Assembly (NCBI GenBank): GCA_000091205.1
Contig: AP006498.2
Length of the DNA stretch: 64,000 bases
Source: Cyanidioschyzon merolae
Lineage: Eukaryota
Reading direction: 5' to 3' (one strand)
Shown here: positions 29,870-41,381 of the stretch, piece by piece
How the letters are laid out: every line of letters begins with the position of its first letter
Position numbering within the stretch: the first letter of the stretch is position 1
Translations under genes and position numbers: made by a program
The notes under the pieces: model-generated
What the model saw: only the letters and a program-made list of their open reading frames with translations
Database searches by the model: none
Told to the model about the DNA's origin: nothing

Positions 29870-32736
29870 TGCGATAGCGCTGTATTTCAAGTTGAATCCC
29901 GCGCAGGGTTTGTTTCAGTAATCCTTAGATTGTGGAAGCTTGCGGGGCGCTTCTGCCCAGAAAACAGAATTTTCCAGGAAGAAGAATTTTTCTCTTGAAC
30001 ACGGCCACACTGTCTGTGCCGCGGTTTCGCGACGCGCACGTGCATCTCTCGCGCCGCATTATTGGTGCATCTGACAGCGGATCGGCGGGGATTGTTTGCC
30101 GCGCCCTGAGCTGGACGAGCGCTGGAAGAGTCGAAATTTTGCAATGCGGTGATGGCGGGAGTGCGGTTGCGGCGTTTCGGGCGCATTTGCCACAGCGGCA
30201 TCGCGAGAGAATCGTCGAAGAGCTCCGAGCCCATGAGGGACGCATGAGACGGTGGAGGGTGTTTCGATTGTAAGACGCTACACGAAGATTCTACGAGCGT
30301 ATGGTTACGCAAAGCAGGGAGCGTTGCTGTTTTCTAGGGTCGTACGATCTAACGTTACACGCCCTAAGGGATACACGGCAGCAATTGATTGGATAAACAA
30401 GTTGTATTGGTACACTGCGTGACTCTGGTCTCGCGTTATGCACAACGTTCCCTAAGATATATCCGTGTTGATAACGTCTACCACAGATACTTTCACCCTG
30501 CGAGCACAGCAGCGTGCAGAGGCCTGATGGAGTGAACCTTTCGGGTGCGATGCACGGGACACAGTGCCTCACCGCTGCGTTACGACGGCCGGCTCTTAGC
30601 TGAAAGAGGAAGCTCGAGTTCCTTCTCTGCGAACGCCGTATTGGAAGCACCGCGGGACGAACGATACTTGCACAAAACACTGTATGGACAAGAGCACCGC
30701 AGGCGGACTACACTGGCTCCGAGCGCTCGGCTGGAGGCGAGCTCGTGGTTCTTCCGAGTGCTGCGTCGCGGCGAGAGGCCTCCAGAAGCGACGCGCGCTC
30801 GCAGCGACGACTGCCTCGAGCTGATGCCCGCCAGATAGTTGCCAGCCCAGTCAGCCTCCGGGCGAGCAAAGCGGCAGCTACGCATCCAGGGTCGGAGGGT
30901 GCGTCTGCTGTAGGCTCGGTACCGAGAGGAACGACGCCCATATCAGAAAAAATGGAACGGGACGACGAACTCTGGTGAACACAGAAAAGTTTGTGTGTCT
31001 TCTTATTGCCAACAAAAACATCTTTTGCAGGCTTTTCTAAGACTGTTTCCTCTTTCTCTGTTGTCTCTGGTTTTAACTGGGCCGCTCTCTGCTTTCCCTG
31101 CAGCACGGTTTTCAGGAATTGTTGGGTGATGATGGTAGCGTTCCAGGTCACTATTTCCCCGCATCCGAGTGTTTTCTACGCATTTGACGTGGAGCCGGAA
31201 GTTGCGATGTATGCTTCGCCTTCCATGTTATTCTTTTTTCTGAACAGTCACCGTGGGCGATGCCCATCAGCGACATTTGACTTTGCTCAGGTGATCCCAT
31301 ACGTCCACCATGCTTCCTCGTCCTCCAAGTGCAGCCCTGTCGCGCATAAACGCTTGCTTTATCGCTCCGTGCGTGCCCCTTTCTGGCACACCAGGTCCCG
31401 ATCGATGCATTCCTCCGTTTCCGCGCCCGGTACCATATCCCATTATCAAGCGCTTCTTCGGTGCGATCTCCTCGGCGAGTGCGCTGTTCGTTGCATGCAG
31501 ATGCGCATGCTATCCCAGCCGATAGACGATAATTCGAAAGCGACATTCTCCATGATGAAACAAGTACCGGAAGGAAAATCAAGACTGGAGACGGTCTAGA
31601 AAATTTCGACCGGTCTACGCTTCCTTCACGGAAAGCGGTGACGCACTATCAACTGCAAGCGATCGCTGCGATGATTCAAGTCCAAGATCAAGGGCCTTTT
31701 CCATGGAAAGACAAGATACAGGAGCCCCTGGGTGCACATCCCACGAGAGGTATTACGCTGCTGTCGAGTGCCGCACGTTTAAAACCCTCAAAGAGAGGAG
31801 GATTCGGCTTTCAAACAGAATAGATTACTTGACCTGACAAGTTCAGTAAACGCTCGGCATGAGCTTGTGAACAAGTCGCCAAAGGACAGCGTCGAGATTA
31901 TGTGCTGTCGCCAGTTCAGCATCCCGCAGTACTGCCTCAACAATTTGCCGTGAGACCAAAGGAATCGAAAGCTTGAAGAATGCTTGATTTGAGCATGCTA
32001 CACTTAAGAAGCAAGATGCGTCGAGGCTTGGACGAATGAACGGGATGAGGTTATCGTTTATTTTACGAACGCTCGCTCGAAGGCAAAGGGAATCCTCTCT
32101 ACTCTTGTCAAATAACGAACTTCCGCGGCAAACTGTCGAAAAGGGCCACTCCGGAAACACCACCGTGAATCCTAAAACGACGCATGAGTCCACGAGCACC
32201 TATTGCCGCAATTAGAAAGCAGTGGCTGTATATCTCAAAATGTTAGAAAACATATCAAAAGGCAGGGACGGAGCGAACGGTTCAGTGTTCCGTTTTAAGC
32301 TGACACGGCGATATGTCGCTGGGTCAAACCTCAGCTCGCGACCAGAAGACTGCACGGGAGCCCCTGAGACGGACAGGCGTCTGCTGGAGCACGACGGTCT
32401 CGTTACGTGCCTTCGACAGCGCCAAGGCATCGCTGCCATCTGGTCAGCTTCGTCGATCTAATACCAAAAAGAGACAGCGACACTGATTCCATACATGTTT
32501 GCCTTCTCATGCACCCGTGCGGATACAATAACGCTGTAGTGCATCTGCCTTGCGTATACGTGGCAGGCACAAAAGTCTCAGCGCCGCTTCCAGCGCGCTG
32601 TAATGTGTGGTGGCTGTTGCGTCGCCCGTCGTCGGTGGCGGTCGATCCCGCAGCCGCTATCTCGCGGTCAAGCGAATGCTAAGCCTGGACCTTGTAGGAG
32701 CGTGGCGTCGTTTTTTCAAGTGAGGGAACGCGTTTG

Positions 32737-35070
32737 ATGAGCTGGAATAGTGAGCGACGCGAGATCACATACGATTCCAGGTCGCTGCGCATTAACGGTA
32801 AGCCGTTCTTCTGCCTCTCGGGGGCAGTGCACTATGTGCGTTCGCATCCGTCCGCTTGGCCGCAGATCTTCCGCTGCATGCGACGGGATGGGCTAAACAC
32901 CGTAGAGACATATGTTTTCTGGGGTGATCATGAGTTTGAGCCTCCAGAGATGCCTGACGCGGAGCCGCGAGCAGACTTTAGTGGACCGCGCGACCTCGTG
33001 CGCTTCCTCCGCTGCGCAAAGTTGCACGGTTTAAACGCGATCCTCCGGCTGGGCCCCTATGTATGTGCGGAAGTGAATTATGGAGGCTTTCCATGGTGGT
33101 TACGCCAAGTATGTGAAAAGGGTAGCTCCAAGCCGGTGCGCTTTCGAACCTGGGATCCAGCGTACTGCGCGCAGGTGGAACGCTGGCTCAAGTATCTCGT
33201 GGATCATGTGCTGAAACCTGCACGAGTTTTCGCTCCGCAAGGCGGGCCCGTGATCTTGGCACAGATCGAAAATGAATACGCCATGATCGCCGAGAGCTAC
33301 GGCCCTGATGGTCAGCAATACCTCGACTGGATCGCCTCGTTGGCGAACCAACTGGCGCTCGGTGTCCCGCTGGTTATGTGCTACGGCGCCAGCCAGCGAG
33401 AGTCTGGACGCGTCATCGAGACCATCAATGCTTTTTATGCACATGAGCATGTGGAGTCGTTAAGGCGTGCTCAGGGGGCGAATCCGCAACCACTACTGTG
33501 GACAGAATGTTGGACCGGCTGGTACGACGTCTGGGGAGCGCCGCATCATCGACGCGACGCGGCAGACCTCGCGTACGCCGTGCTGCGCTTTTTGGCCGCA
33601 GGCGGTGCAGGCATTAACTACTACATGTACTTTGGAGGTACCAATTGGCGCCGGGAGAACACCATGTACTTGCAGGCTACCTCCTATGACTATGATGCGC
33701 CACTGAATGAGTATGTCATGGAGACGACCAAGAGCCGCCATCTGCGACGATTGCACGAAAGCATTCAACCTTTCCTAAGCGACCGCGATGGTGTTCTAGA
33801 TATGAGCCGCTTGGAGCTAAAGGTGTTCGAGGGCGAACGCCGCGCCATCCTCTATGAACGATCAACGGTTTCAGGTGATGCGGATCACAGGTCGGAAGAA
33901 AGTGTTCGGTGTGTATTTGACTCGGCCGACATTCGCGTGCACCTCGCTCTGGAGCTGCGGGAGATTATCGTGAACGCTGCGAGTAGGGATACCGGCCAAG
34001 ACCTCCGGTGGCGGATGCTCCCCGAGCCACCACCGCTGCGAGCAGCCCTATCCGATACATCGGCTACGCTGGCTACGATACCGGATCTTGTGGACGCTAC
34101 AGCGGGCACAAGCGACTATGCCTGGTACATACTGCGATGCCCTACAGCGCAAGGCAGCGGTCTACTACAATTAGAGGTCGCCGATTTCGGGCGAGTATGG
34201 AGGCGGAAAGCGGTCGATCAAGGCGACGACGCGGAGCGGCAGCCACTCGAGTGGGCCGCCGCCGGCCCAGAGCCGCCAGTAGAGGATCGCTTTCCGAACG
34301 CATGGAATTCCACGGAGTACGGGTACGGTATTGTAGAGGTCGGTGCGATCGACTGTCACGAGGAATATGTCGTGCTGGTGAGCTCTCTCGGCATGGTAAA
34401 GGGCGACTGGCAACTGCCACCGGGATACGGCATGGCTCGTGAACGCAAAGGCCTTCTCCGGGCATCGTACCGCTCCGATGTCACCTTCGCAGATGACGAG
34501 TGGCGGGATGCGCTCGTTGTTGGCTTCGCTGCCGGTCTCCGCGGAGAGCGCATTCGGAGTGTCATAGAGGGCGACGCAGACGCGTATCCGTATCTGTGGA
34601 CACCTCAGAAAGCCGCGCTCAGCGGCAGGCGATTCTCTTGGCCGCGCTGGTATCGCGCATCGCTAGCGATACCCCCGCCAAACGCTGATGAAACCGAGGG
34701 CATCATTTTAGACCTCTATGAAAGCGGCGTTGAAAAAGGATGGATCTATATGAACGGAGAACCGTGCGGGCGCCACTGGCGAGTTCACGGAACTATGCCG
34801 AAAAACGGTTTTCTTCGACAGGGCGACCAGGAGGCACCGATTGAGCAAGTGGGCCATGGCCAGCCGACGCAGCGGTATTTTTATATACCGCCGTGGCATT
34901 TGCATGCCAAGGGACGCCCTTCCACACTCGTCATATTCGATGAACACGCAAATGGCGAGTACCGGGAGTTCGAACCGCATCGCCTGCGCGTATACCGCGC
35001 TGTGCTCCGCGTTGTCGAGTCGACGCCCACATCCGATAACGAGAGCAAGTCTGAAGCGTTTATCGTCTGA
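32737..35070 (+). CDS. Beta-galactosidase, glycoside hydrolase family 35
   Basis: 'INGKPFFCLSGAVHYVRSHPSAWPQIFRCMRRDGLNTVETYVFWGDHE', 'LRLGPYVCAEVNYGGFPWWL' and 'GPVILAQIENEYA' (catalytic acid/base Glu in ENEY) are canonical GH35 blocks. The nucleophile-region 'LLWTECWTGWYDVWG' is also present. The track ORF starts at TTG 32734; the ATG is at 32737. Confidence 0.85.
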   Translation: MSWNSERREITYDSRSLRINGKPFFCLSGAVHYVRSHPSAWPQIFRCMRRDGLNTVETYVFWGDHEFEPPEMPDAEPRADFSGPRDLVRFLRCAKLHGLNAILRLGPYVCAEVNYGGFPWWLRQVCEKGSSKPVRFRTWDPAYCAQVERWLKYLVDHVLKPARVFAPQGGPVILAQIENEYAMIAESYGPDGQQYLDWIASLANQLALGVPLVMCYGASQRESGRVIETINAFYAHEHVESLRRAQGANPQPLLWTECWTGWYDVWGAPHHRRDAADLAYAVLRFLAAGGAGINYYMYFGGTNWRRENTMYLQATSYDYDAPLNEYVMETTKSRHLRRLHESIQPFLSDRDGVLDMSRLELKVFEGERRAILYERSTVSGDADHRSEESVRCVFDSADIRVHLALELREIIVNAASRDTGQDLRWRMLPEPPPLRAALSDTSATLATIPDLVDATAGTSDYAWYILRCPTAQGSGLLQLEVADFGRVWRRKAVDQGDDAERQPLEWAAAGPEPPVEDRFPNAWNSTEYGYGIVEVGAIDCHEEYVVLVSSLGMVKGDWQLPPGYGMARERKGLLRASYRSDVTFADDEWRDALVVGFAAGLRGERIRSVIEGDADAYPYLWTPQKAALSGRRFSWPRWYRASLAIPPPNADETEGIILDLYESGVEKGWIYMNGEPCGRHWRVHGTMPKNGFLRQGDQEAPIEQVGHGQPTQRYFYIPPWHLHAKGRPSTLVIFDEHANGEYREFEPHRLRVYRAVLRVVESTPTSDNESKSEAFIV

Positions 35071-35980
35071 TAGGTACGCACGGGCGTAGGGCTTGTCCGT
35101 GTGTTGGATTGATCATGCTTTGCCATGACATCCACGGAGATATCGCACGATCGTCCATACGGAACCCTGGGATAGAAGCAGAGTTGTTGAGGACTGGATG
35201 TTCGTTGCGGGCAGCGCATGCAAGATTGCAAAGAAAGGTTCACGTCCAGTGCCCAGAGCCGCTCCGGTCTCGCACGGAAATGCGTCGCATGGGAGTCGAC
35301 CAATTGGATAAACAGTCGTCCGATCGTTACGAGTACTTTGCGCGTCCGAACGCGTTCAACGGAAGAAGCACAGAAGGCCCCGAAGTATGCTACGCAAGTC
35401 GCGGCTGGGACTTGACGGAAACAGGCTAAACCTTTACCAGGTCCCGCCAGGGAAGCGCACTCTAGTGCACCGAGATGAACCAATGAAAATAGGTGTTCGG
35501 GCTCTGCCTGTAACACGTTTTTTACACGAGTCCAAGAGCAACACGTTGACCTGTACGAGCGGCAAACGCAGGTACGGGACTTTGATGACTCTCGCCGCAG
35601 CCCGCATCGCACTGATACGAACACAGACGCACGCTGTTCCCGACTTGCATCGCCCAGACGGATTCACTGCCTGTATGGAAGCGGCCAGGGCGATAACGTC
35701 GACCGCCTCACATTGAAGCGCAAGGCTGCTAGTGCATTCACGCATTCGCGCCATCCCAAGTCATGTTGAGCGCTTGTCGAAGCGTGTCGATACGCACGTT
35801 CCCTGCCAACCAATGCGGTAGCTGCGGGAGCACCGGCGTGGCGGCACATGGCACGCTCGGTGCGCTGCATCGATACCAAGGCCGCACCGCGGCGCTGTCC
35901 ATATCGAGAACGACTTGCAGCCGAGCTGACCAACACTGCAAGCAACGAGAGGCTAGCGTGTCCTCCGGAGGATGCTTTTC

Positions 35981-36185
35981 CAAAACAATGCACCGAAAAC
36001 GATCGCGTGATGGAAAAGCAACCTGGGAGAGGAGGCGCACATGCCGAAAACAATGCACCGAAAACAATCGCATGATGATAAACCTCCCCAAGAAAGGAGG
36101 CACACGTGCCGAAAACAATTTACCCAAAGCGATCGCGTGATCATAGACCTCCCCAAGAAGGAAGGCACACGTGCGCAATGCTGCC
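35981..36185. repeat. Tandem repeat, about 65-bp unit x 3
   Basis: Three successive copies of 'cgaaaacaatgcaccgaaaac(g/a)atcgc(g/a)tgatg...cc(t/c)ccccaagaa(a)gga(a)ggc(g)cacatgc'. Confidence 0.7.
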
Positions 36186-36537
36186 GAAAATGGTATGCTC
36201 TATGACGTCGTTGCTGCCATCGTCACGCGCGCCGTATCAGGCGCGATGCCGTTGCGCCCGCGGCAGTGTGCCGATGCGCGCAGAAGCACGCACGCGCCAC
36301 TGCAGGATCGCACGTGTAGCGGACACGTGTCCATGTTGAGCGCGTGGCAATGCACGCCAGCAAGCGCTCCAAAGTATTTGAGTGGCGGTTCTTTGTACTC
36401 TACCCGTGACACATCCTTGACGCCTACTGCTATAGTGACGAGTTGACCTGGAAAGACACTTTGATAAAAGGGCTTGCAAGAGCGTGTTGTATAGTTGAAC
36501 GCTGTGTAGATCGGACACGCGCATCGAACTGCTGAAG

Positions 36538-37668
36538 ATGAGTAGCGACTCGGGCAGCAACACGATCCGTTGTGGACACGCTGTCACGTGCGATCCCGCA
36601 GTGAAGCGTGTTCCGTTCGAGGTCGCTTTTGCAGTGACGCCGCTTGGGTGGACTCGATCTGCGAAATTGGGATCTGCGGTAACCGAGGAACGCGCTTTAA
36701 GTAGTCGATTGGTCTCGAGGTACTGGCAGGTGGCGCGGTCGTCGCTGACGGCCCCGAACAGCGATACGAAGGTGCGCGCCAGCAGTCTACGTGTCCGCTG
36801 GTTTATGAGTTCGACGCAGCAAGATTGTTCCGAAAGCGTCAATCGGGTCGCGAACTTGAGGACGGAGTCTCATGTACTCTCTGATCGCGGCGAAAAGGAC
36901 AACCTCCAGCTGCCGTTGGATACGAGTTTTTCAGCATCTTCCAGCGATCCAGGTTCAGCGTTACATGGTGAGTTGCCACGTTCCCCACGTCTGGCACGAC
37001 TGGTGCCGCTGGAAGTTCAGTTATTTTTGTTGGCGCTGCTCCCGTCAGGTGTGCGATCGAGGTCCCAGTACGCTCGTCGAGTCTCTCAACGCGTGGCGCG
37101 TCTTCGCTACATCCTCCGACAGCGAAAATGGAACCGGACTGGTACGAGAAGCTCCGAATCGGATCATCCCTTTGAATCGAATCAGATGCAGATCTCGGTA
37201 TCACTGCATCCGCGGAGCCCTCGAAGCGGCTCCACAACACCCGATGATCTTGCAGTGATGCCCTCTTCTCGAGAACAGCTGGAGCGGATCTGGGAACGAG
37301 CGTCTCCGATGCAACAGAGCGTCGAGCGACCTAATCCAGAGCACCATGAGGTGAACGATTCGGCTACGGTTTGGGAAATGGGAGAGCGTGCACTCAGCTT
37401 TTTGCTGCAGACGCGCCGCCGGCGACTCCTCATGTACGCCTTATTGTTGACGATGATTCTGGCTCCGGCGCGAGCCGAAGGTCTTGCGCGATGGGCCGGC
37501 GAGCTGGGTATTCGGCCACTTGCTATTCGGCACCCCATTTTTGCAGTGCTCTCCGTGTTATTGGACATGTACCAGGAGCTGGTCGGAAGCAACCTCATTC
37601 CCGATGATTCGCACTGGAGTCTGATCGCGCACGTTGTCGAAGTGGTGTTGCTGATGGTCGCCATGTGA
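36538..37668 (+). CDS. Hypothetical protein (C-terminal hydrophobic helices)
   Basis: 376-aa ORF from an ATG and the longest frame in the interval. It is Ser/Arg-rich, with C-terminal hydrophobic segments 'LLMYALLLTMILAPA' and 'LIAHVVEVVLLMVAM'. I recognise no family. Overlapping antisense ORFs are shorter. Confidence 0.3.
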   Translation: MSSDSGSNTIRCGHAVTCDPAVKRVPFEVAFAVTPLGWTRSAKLGSAVTEERALSSRLVSRYWQVARSSLTAPNSDTKVRASSLRVRWFMSSTQQDCSESVNRVANLRTESHVLSDRGEKDNLQLPLDTSFSASSSDPGSALHGELPRSPRLARLVPLEVQLFLLALLPSGVRSRSQYARRVSQRVARLRYILRQRKWNRTGTRSSESDHPFESNQMQISVSLHPRSPRSGSTTPDDLAVMPSSREQLERIWERASPMQQSVERPNPEHHEVNDSATVWEMGERALSFLLQTRRRRLLMYALLLTMILAPARAEGLARWAGELGIRPLAIRHPIFAVLSVLLDMYQELVGSNLIPDDSHWSLIAHVVEVVLLMVAM

Positions 37669-38428
37669 GGCGGTCACAGACCGCGGCATTCGATTGTATA
37701 TTATTCTCATGTGTACAGTACAGCGTTCAGGCTTCATAATTGCATTGTTCGCGAAAAATCCAATGAAAAGAACACAGTGTCCTTCAGCAACCAGAGACGA
37801 AGGTGCGCTTGGATCACATAGCCTTGGAACGGCGGTTTGTACACTTTATTCGTACTTGTCTATATCGTTCCCACATGTATGTAGCATTTGTATAGTAGAG
37901 CGCTCGATTTTGAGTGGAGCGCGAACGTCGCGGTGGCTTGTACGCGTCACGAACGGGTTGCGACGCACACGAGCAGCAAGCCGGCCGCCGGCTTGCTCTG
38001 CTGACTGCTGAGCTTAGCGCGCACCGCAACCTGCCAACCTCCCAACCGAGTTGACGAGAGCAGCCCGCCTTGTCTCGATTAAGTGTCTTGCATGCAATCA
38101 GGTGCTTGCGGAAAGCACCAGCATTTGTGAGCAGTTTCCAACGCACATTCGTTGGGGGCTCTCGCGCACCTACGTTTCAATCACGACACTCGCCCCGGAA
38201 CTGCACGGAACCAGTACGTCGAGCTTGTCCAAAACCTGTCTAGGACATATCCTCAAACAGTATCAGCGACACCATTGGCCTCGCGTACCGTTCCGGGAGC
38301 CTTCTCGAGACAGACGCTCGCCGTGCAAGACGTTGCCGACGCGTGCTGCGACTGCTTCGAACCCACGTCGTGTGCAGCCGCCTGGCGTTTGCGCTCAATC
38401 CATGTAAAGTATCATTCCACTTGAGTGT

Positions 38429-39205
38429 TTACGACGGCTTCCACTTGATACTACATCCGATGCTCGGCAGTTGATTTTCCGGAGGTGACTGTCCATTCAC
38501 GCATAACTGGATGGCGTTCCGGAGGTCCTCACCTGTCACAGGAATATCGTTTCCGGGTCTACTGCCGTCCAAACGCCCCCTATAGAACAGCTTGCGCTCG
38601 TGATCCAGAAGGTAAAAGTCGGGCGTGCACGCGGCTTTCCAGCCACGAGCAACATCCTGTGTTTCATCGTAGAGAATCGGAAACTGATAGCGACGCGTTT
38701 TGATTTCCTCCGCCATACGCTCCGGTGCGTCGTCCGGGTGTGTTCCGACAAAGTTACTGCTGATGCCAACCATTTTCACCGGGCCAAACTTTCCAGAACT
38801 AATATCTGCACTCAACCGAGAGAGCTCGCCAGCAATGTGCTTCACAAAAGGACAGTGCGCAGCCAAGAACACCACAACGAGGGCTTTCGGCGGCGGACTG
38901 TCCGCGTAGAGCGAATCGAGAGACACGATTTCTCCTGTAGTTACGTCGGGTAAAGCAAACGCCGGCATAACCGTGCCGAGTTCAACCATAGCAGACTCCG
39001 TACGAACCATTTGAAGCTGTTGAAACGTGCTTCTAGCAGACGGCAAGCGCGTACCCCGGCTGACTCGTCGCGCAGTGCGAGCTTCGCTCCGCACAGACGC
39101 TGTTCGTCGTCCCCGAACAAGGCCTTGGCTCACTGGCCTTGTCGTCGTAAGCCTAGGTGCTAGCAAGAACCCCAAGTATCCCTTGACGCATGCAGTGGCT
39201 CGCAT
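38429..39205 (-). CDS. Thioredoxin-fold redoxin (AhpC/TSA/TlpA-like) with an N-terminal organellar transit peptide
   Basis: Thioredoxin-like core 'FALPDVTTGEIVSLDSLYADSPPPKALVVVFLAAHCPFVKHIAGELSRL' (CP-F active-site region) ... 'YQFPILYDETQDVARGWKAACTPDFYLLDHERKLFYRGRLD'. It is preceded by an Arg/Ser/Thr-rich presequence 'MRATACVKGYLGFLLAPRLTTTRPVSQGLVRGRRTASVRSEARTARRVSRGTRLPSA'. The track ORF starts at TTG 39220; the first ATG is 39205. Later ATGs at 39010 and 38989 are possible if the upstream part is junk derived from the transposon. Confidence 0.55.
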   Translation of the reverse strand: MRATACVKGYLGFLLAPRLTTTRPVSQGLVRGRRTASVRSEARTARRVSRGTRLPSARSTFQQLQMVRTESAMVELGTVMPAFALPDVTTGEIVSLDSLYADSPPPKALVVVFLAAHCPFVKHIAGELSRLSADISSGKFGPVKMVGISSNFVGTHPDDAPERMAEEIKTRRYQFPILYDETQDVARGWKAACTPDFYLLDHERKLFYRGRLDGSRPGNDIPVTGEDLRNAIQLCVNGQSPPENQLPSIGCSIKWKPS

Positions 39206-41381
39206 GCGCTCCAGTTGCAAATGCTTCTGGCGGCACAGTCGAGACGCTGCGGTCGGCAGTACAGTAGTGGCGAGAAACCCGCCGTAAACACGACGTCTGC
39301 CACTGACGTGCAGACGCCTCCCAGCCTTTCTCGACCGGCACCCACTACTGCTTCCAACTTCTTCTCATATAATTCCACTTTTAGAGGTTGTCCAATAAAG
39401 TTCACTCTTGTGGACCTTCGGGGTCTTTTCTCGAGCACTGCAGATCTTACATTGATCGCAGCATTGAAGTCACGATTCACAAACTCAATCCGTTTCTTTC
39501 CGTTGGTTGTACGTACTAATGCAAGTAGTCCACGAACTTTCGCCATCTTTTTCATTTGCTCTTCCGTCAGCGGTCCGTATTTTTTTATATCCTCAGGGTT
39601 CCGCTGACACTTTTCCATCTCCACTCTCTGAAGTGTACAACCCAGTTCATGGTGTGTATAAGACGTTCGAAACTCATCTATCGGTATCATAACGAAACGC
39701 CGTGTACACTCCTTGTACGTTCTTGTCGTTGGAGCTGGCGTAGTTCCTTTTTGGGTCTTCCAACGCCCTGCTCAGTATGCCACAACGAGCCTCTGACTTT
39801 GATCCTCTTTGAAGGCACTCAACTGATTGAAAAATTCGCGAATGCACGCTGCTTACCACAGTATAGCTTCATTCGCAAACGAGCCCACCGGGGCTTTGTA
39901 TACTCCTCCCACAGCGGCTTCCAGTGAGCAACAGGAACTTCCATGATTTTCCGAAAAGCATCAAAGTCCGCTCCTCGGCTCGTCACCTCGCTCAAAGTTT
40001 CCAGGTGCTCTTTCATTCCTGAATTGCAAGTCTCGATGTTCTTCGTCGTATTCAATATACGGGATTCTCGGTAATATCTCGCTCTCGAGAACCTCAACAG
40101 ACGCATGTCTTTCTGAAGTAAGTTGCCGTCAGTACGAGCTTCCGCACTCCTGGGTACTGCGATGGTAATGATGTTAGTGCTCCCGGGGTCCGCGCCAACG
40201 ACAAAGTCGTTATCCTGCACTTTCTGTGTGGCAGGATCCGAATCCTTCTTTTCATCATGCTTCGCCGCGTCAACGACATGGTCGTTATCCTGCACCTCCT
40301 GTGTCGCAGGATCCGCCTCCTTCTCATATTCATGGTTCGCCGAGGGCGGAACTGGACGACCTTTCTTCAACAGCCGATAGTTTACACACTAGGCTACTCC
40401 ATCGGTTTCGATGATCCCAGTGAATACCTTTTGCTTGCTCACTTTGAGACGTTTGAAATCGAAGATATTCTTCCAGTGCGTCTCCCGGTTTTCACCGGAG
40501 AATTCCTCCCTGTTGACACTGAACTCCGGACTGATCTCCTTCATGATGCCGTGAAGGATTCTGGAGTCGATAGTCATAAAAAGTGACTTGATGTTGCACA
40601 TTGGAACCATGTTGAACCGCTTCCCCATTAGGACAGCCTTCCGTCTCTCCCACTCTTCATTGCTTTCCTCACTCAGCTTCATCTCTGCCTTGGGATCGAG
40701 CTCTCGGTCCAAAAACAGGAAATAGCGCAGGACGAGGCGATAGTATCTTTCCTTATCTTTTTTCAACTCTGATACGTTCTCTGCTGGATTCGCAAACCCT
40801 AGTACCGCACGATGCTCTTGTATAACCGCACGCATTACAGAAGCTTCATTCGTGAACTAGTTTGACGCTTTCTTGTCAACGAATTCGACCTCATCTTCAC
40901 GCTTACGATCTTTCGTGACGCCATTGATAATCGCACATTTCCCATTGCGAGATAGGCCCAGGTAGAGTGCAACCACGGCGCGTATCATGAAACGTTCGAG
41001 GTTCGTTGTCAAATGGTTCTTCAGGTTCGTGATGCACTTCATCGCCCCATAGTCGTAAATATCCCGGTCACCCCTGTATCAAATACCGTTGGAGATGTAA
41101 AAGGAGTATTTTTGGCAGAGGGCGTGCACTCGCTCATTTTCCGTCCGCGTTCCCCCTGTGCCAAGCATCAGGTGACGAATAAAGGTCGTGTCGAACAACT
41201 CGTCTGGAACCTCGACTGTTTCCATGTGCGTCACGTCTTCATACATCTCCCTCGCCAAATGCATCAGTCCTGACGACGCCTTGACAAAACTCTTGGAGTA
41301 CGAATCGACACGGTTTCTGATAGCGTCTCGCAACTTTTCCTTGTACGGATTTTTGATATGTTTAAGAAGACCGGCTTTCAC
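39160..41381 (-). mobile_element. Decayed TnpB/Fanzor-like (OMEGA-family RuvC nuclease) gene, most complete copy of a dispersed family
   Basis: Five consecutive minus-strand ORFs in shifting frames: 41079-41381, 40857-41042, 40389-40835, 39819-40370 and 39160-39690. Together they carry a RuvC-I-like '[17 protein letters not shown]', the zinc-finger-region block 'IPIDEFRTSYTHHELGCTLQRVEMEKC', and RuvC-III 'IEFVNRDFNAAINVRSAV'. The interval is visibly AT-richer than the neighbouring genes. Three further fragments of the family occur in the window. Confidence 0.55.

Noticed and set aside
30991-31599. 202-aa plus-strand ORF and neighbouring 100-150-aa ORFs in the 30.3-32.7 kb interval
   Set aside because: The translations have no compositional or motif signature of real proteins and read as Ser/Cys/His-rich random text. 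The interval is more likely intergenic or non-coding. It is left unannotated rather than called hypothetical.
33100-33450. 116-aa minus-strand ORF, with others at 33493-34565, inside the GH35 gene
   Set aside because: Antisense to a confidently identified beta-galactosidase CDS.
39010-39220. Treating the first 70 codons of the redoxin ORF as part of the Fanzor element rather than a transit peptide
   Set aside because: The Arg/Ser/Thr-rich composition is typical of an organellar presequence and continues in frame from ATG 39205. I kept it in the CDS but flagged the later ATGs as alternatives.
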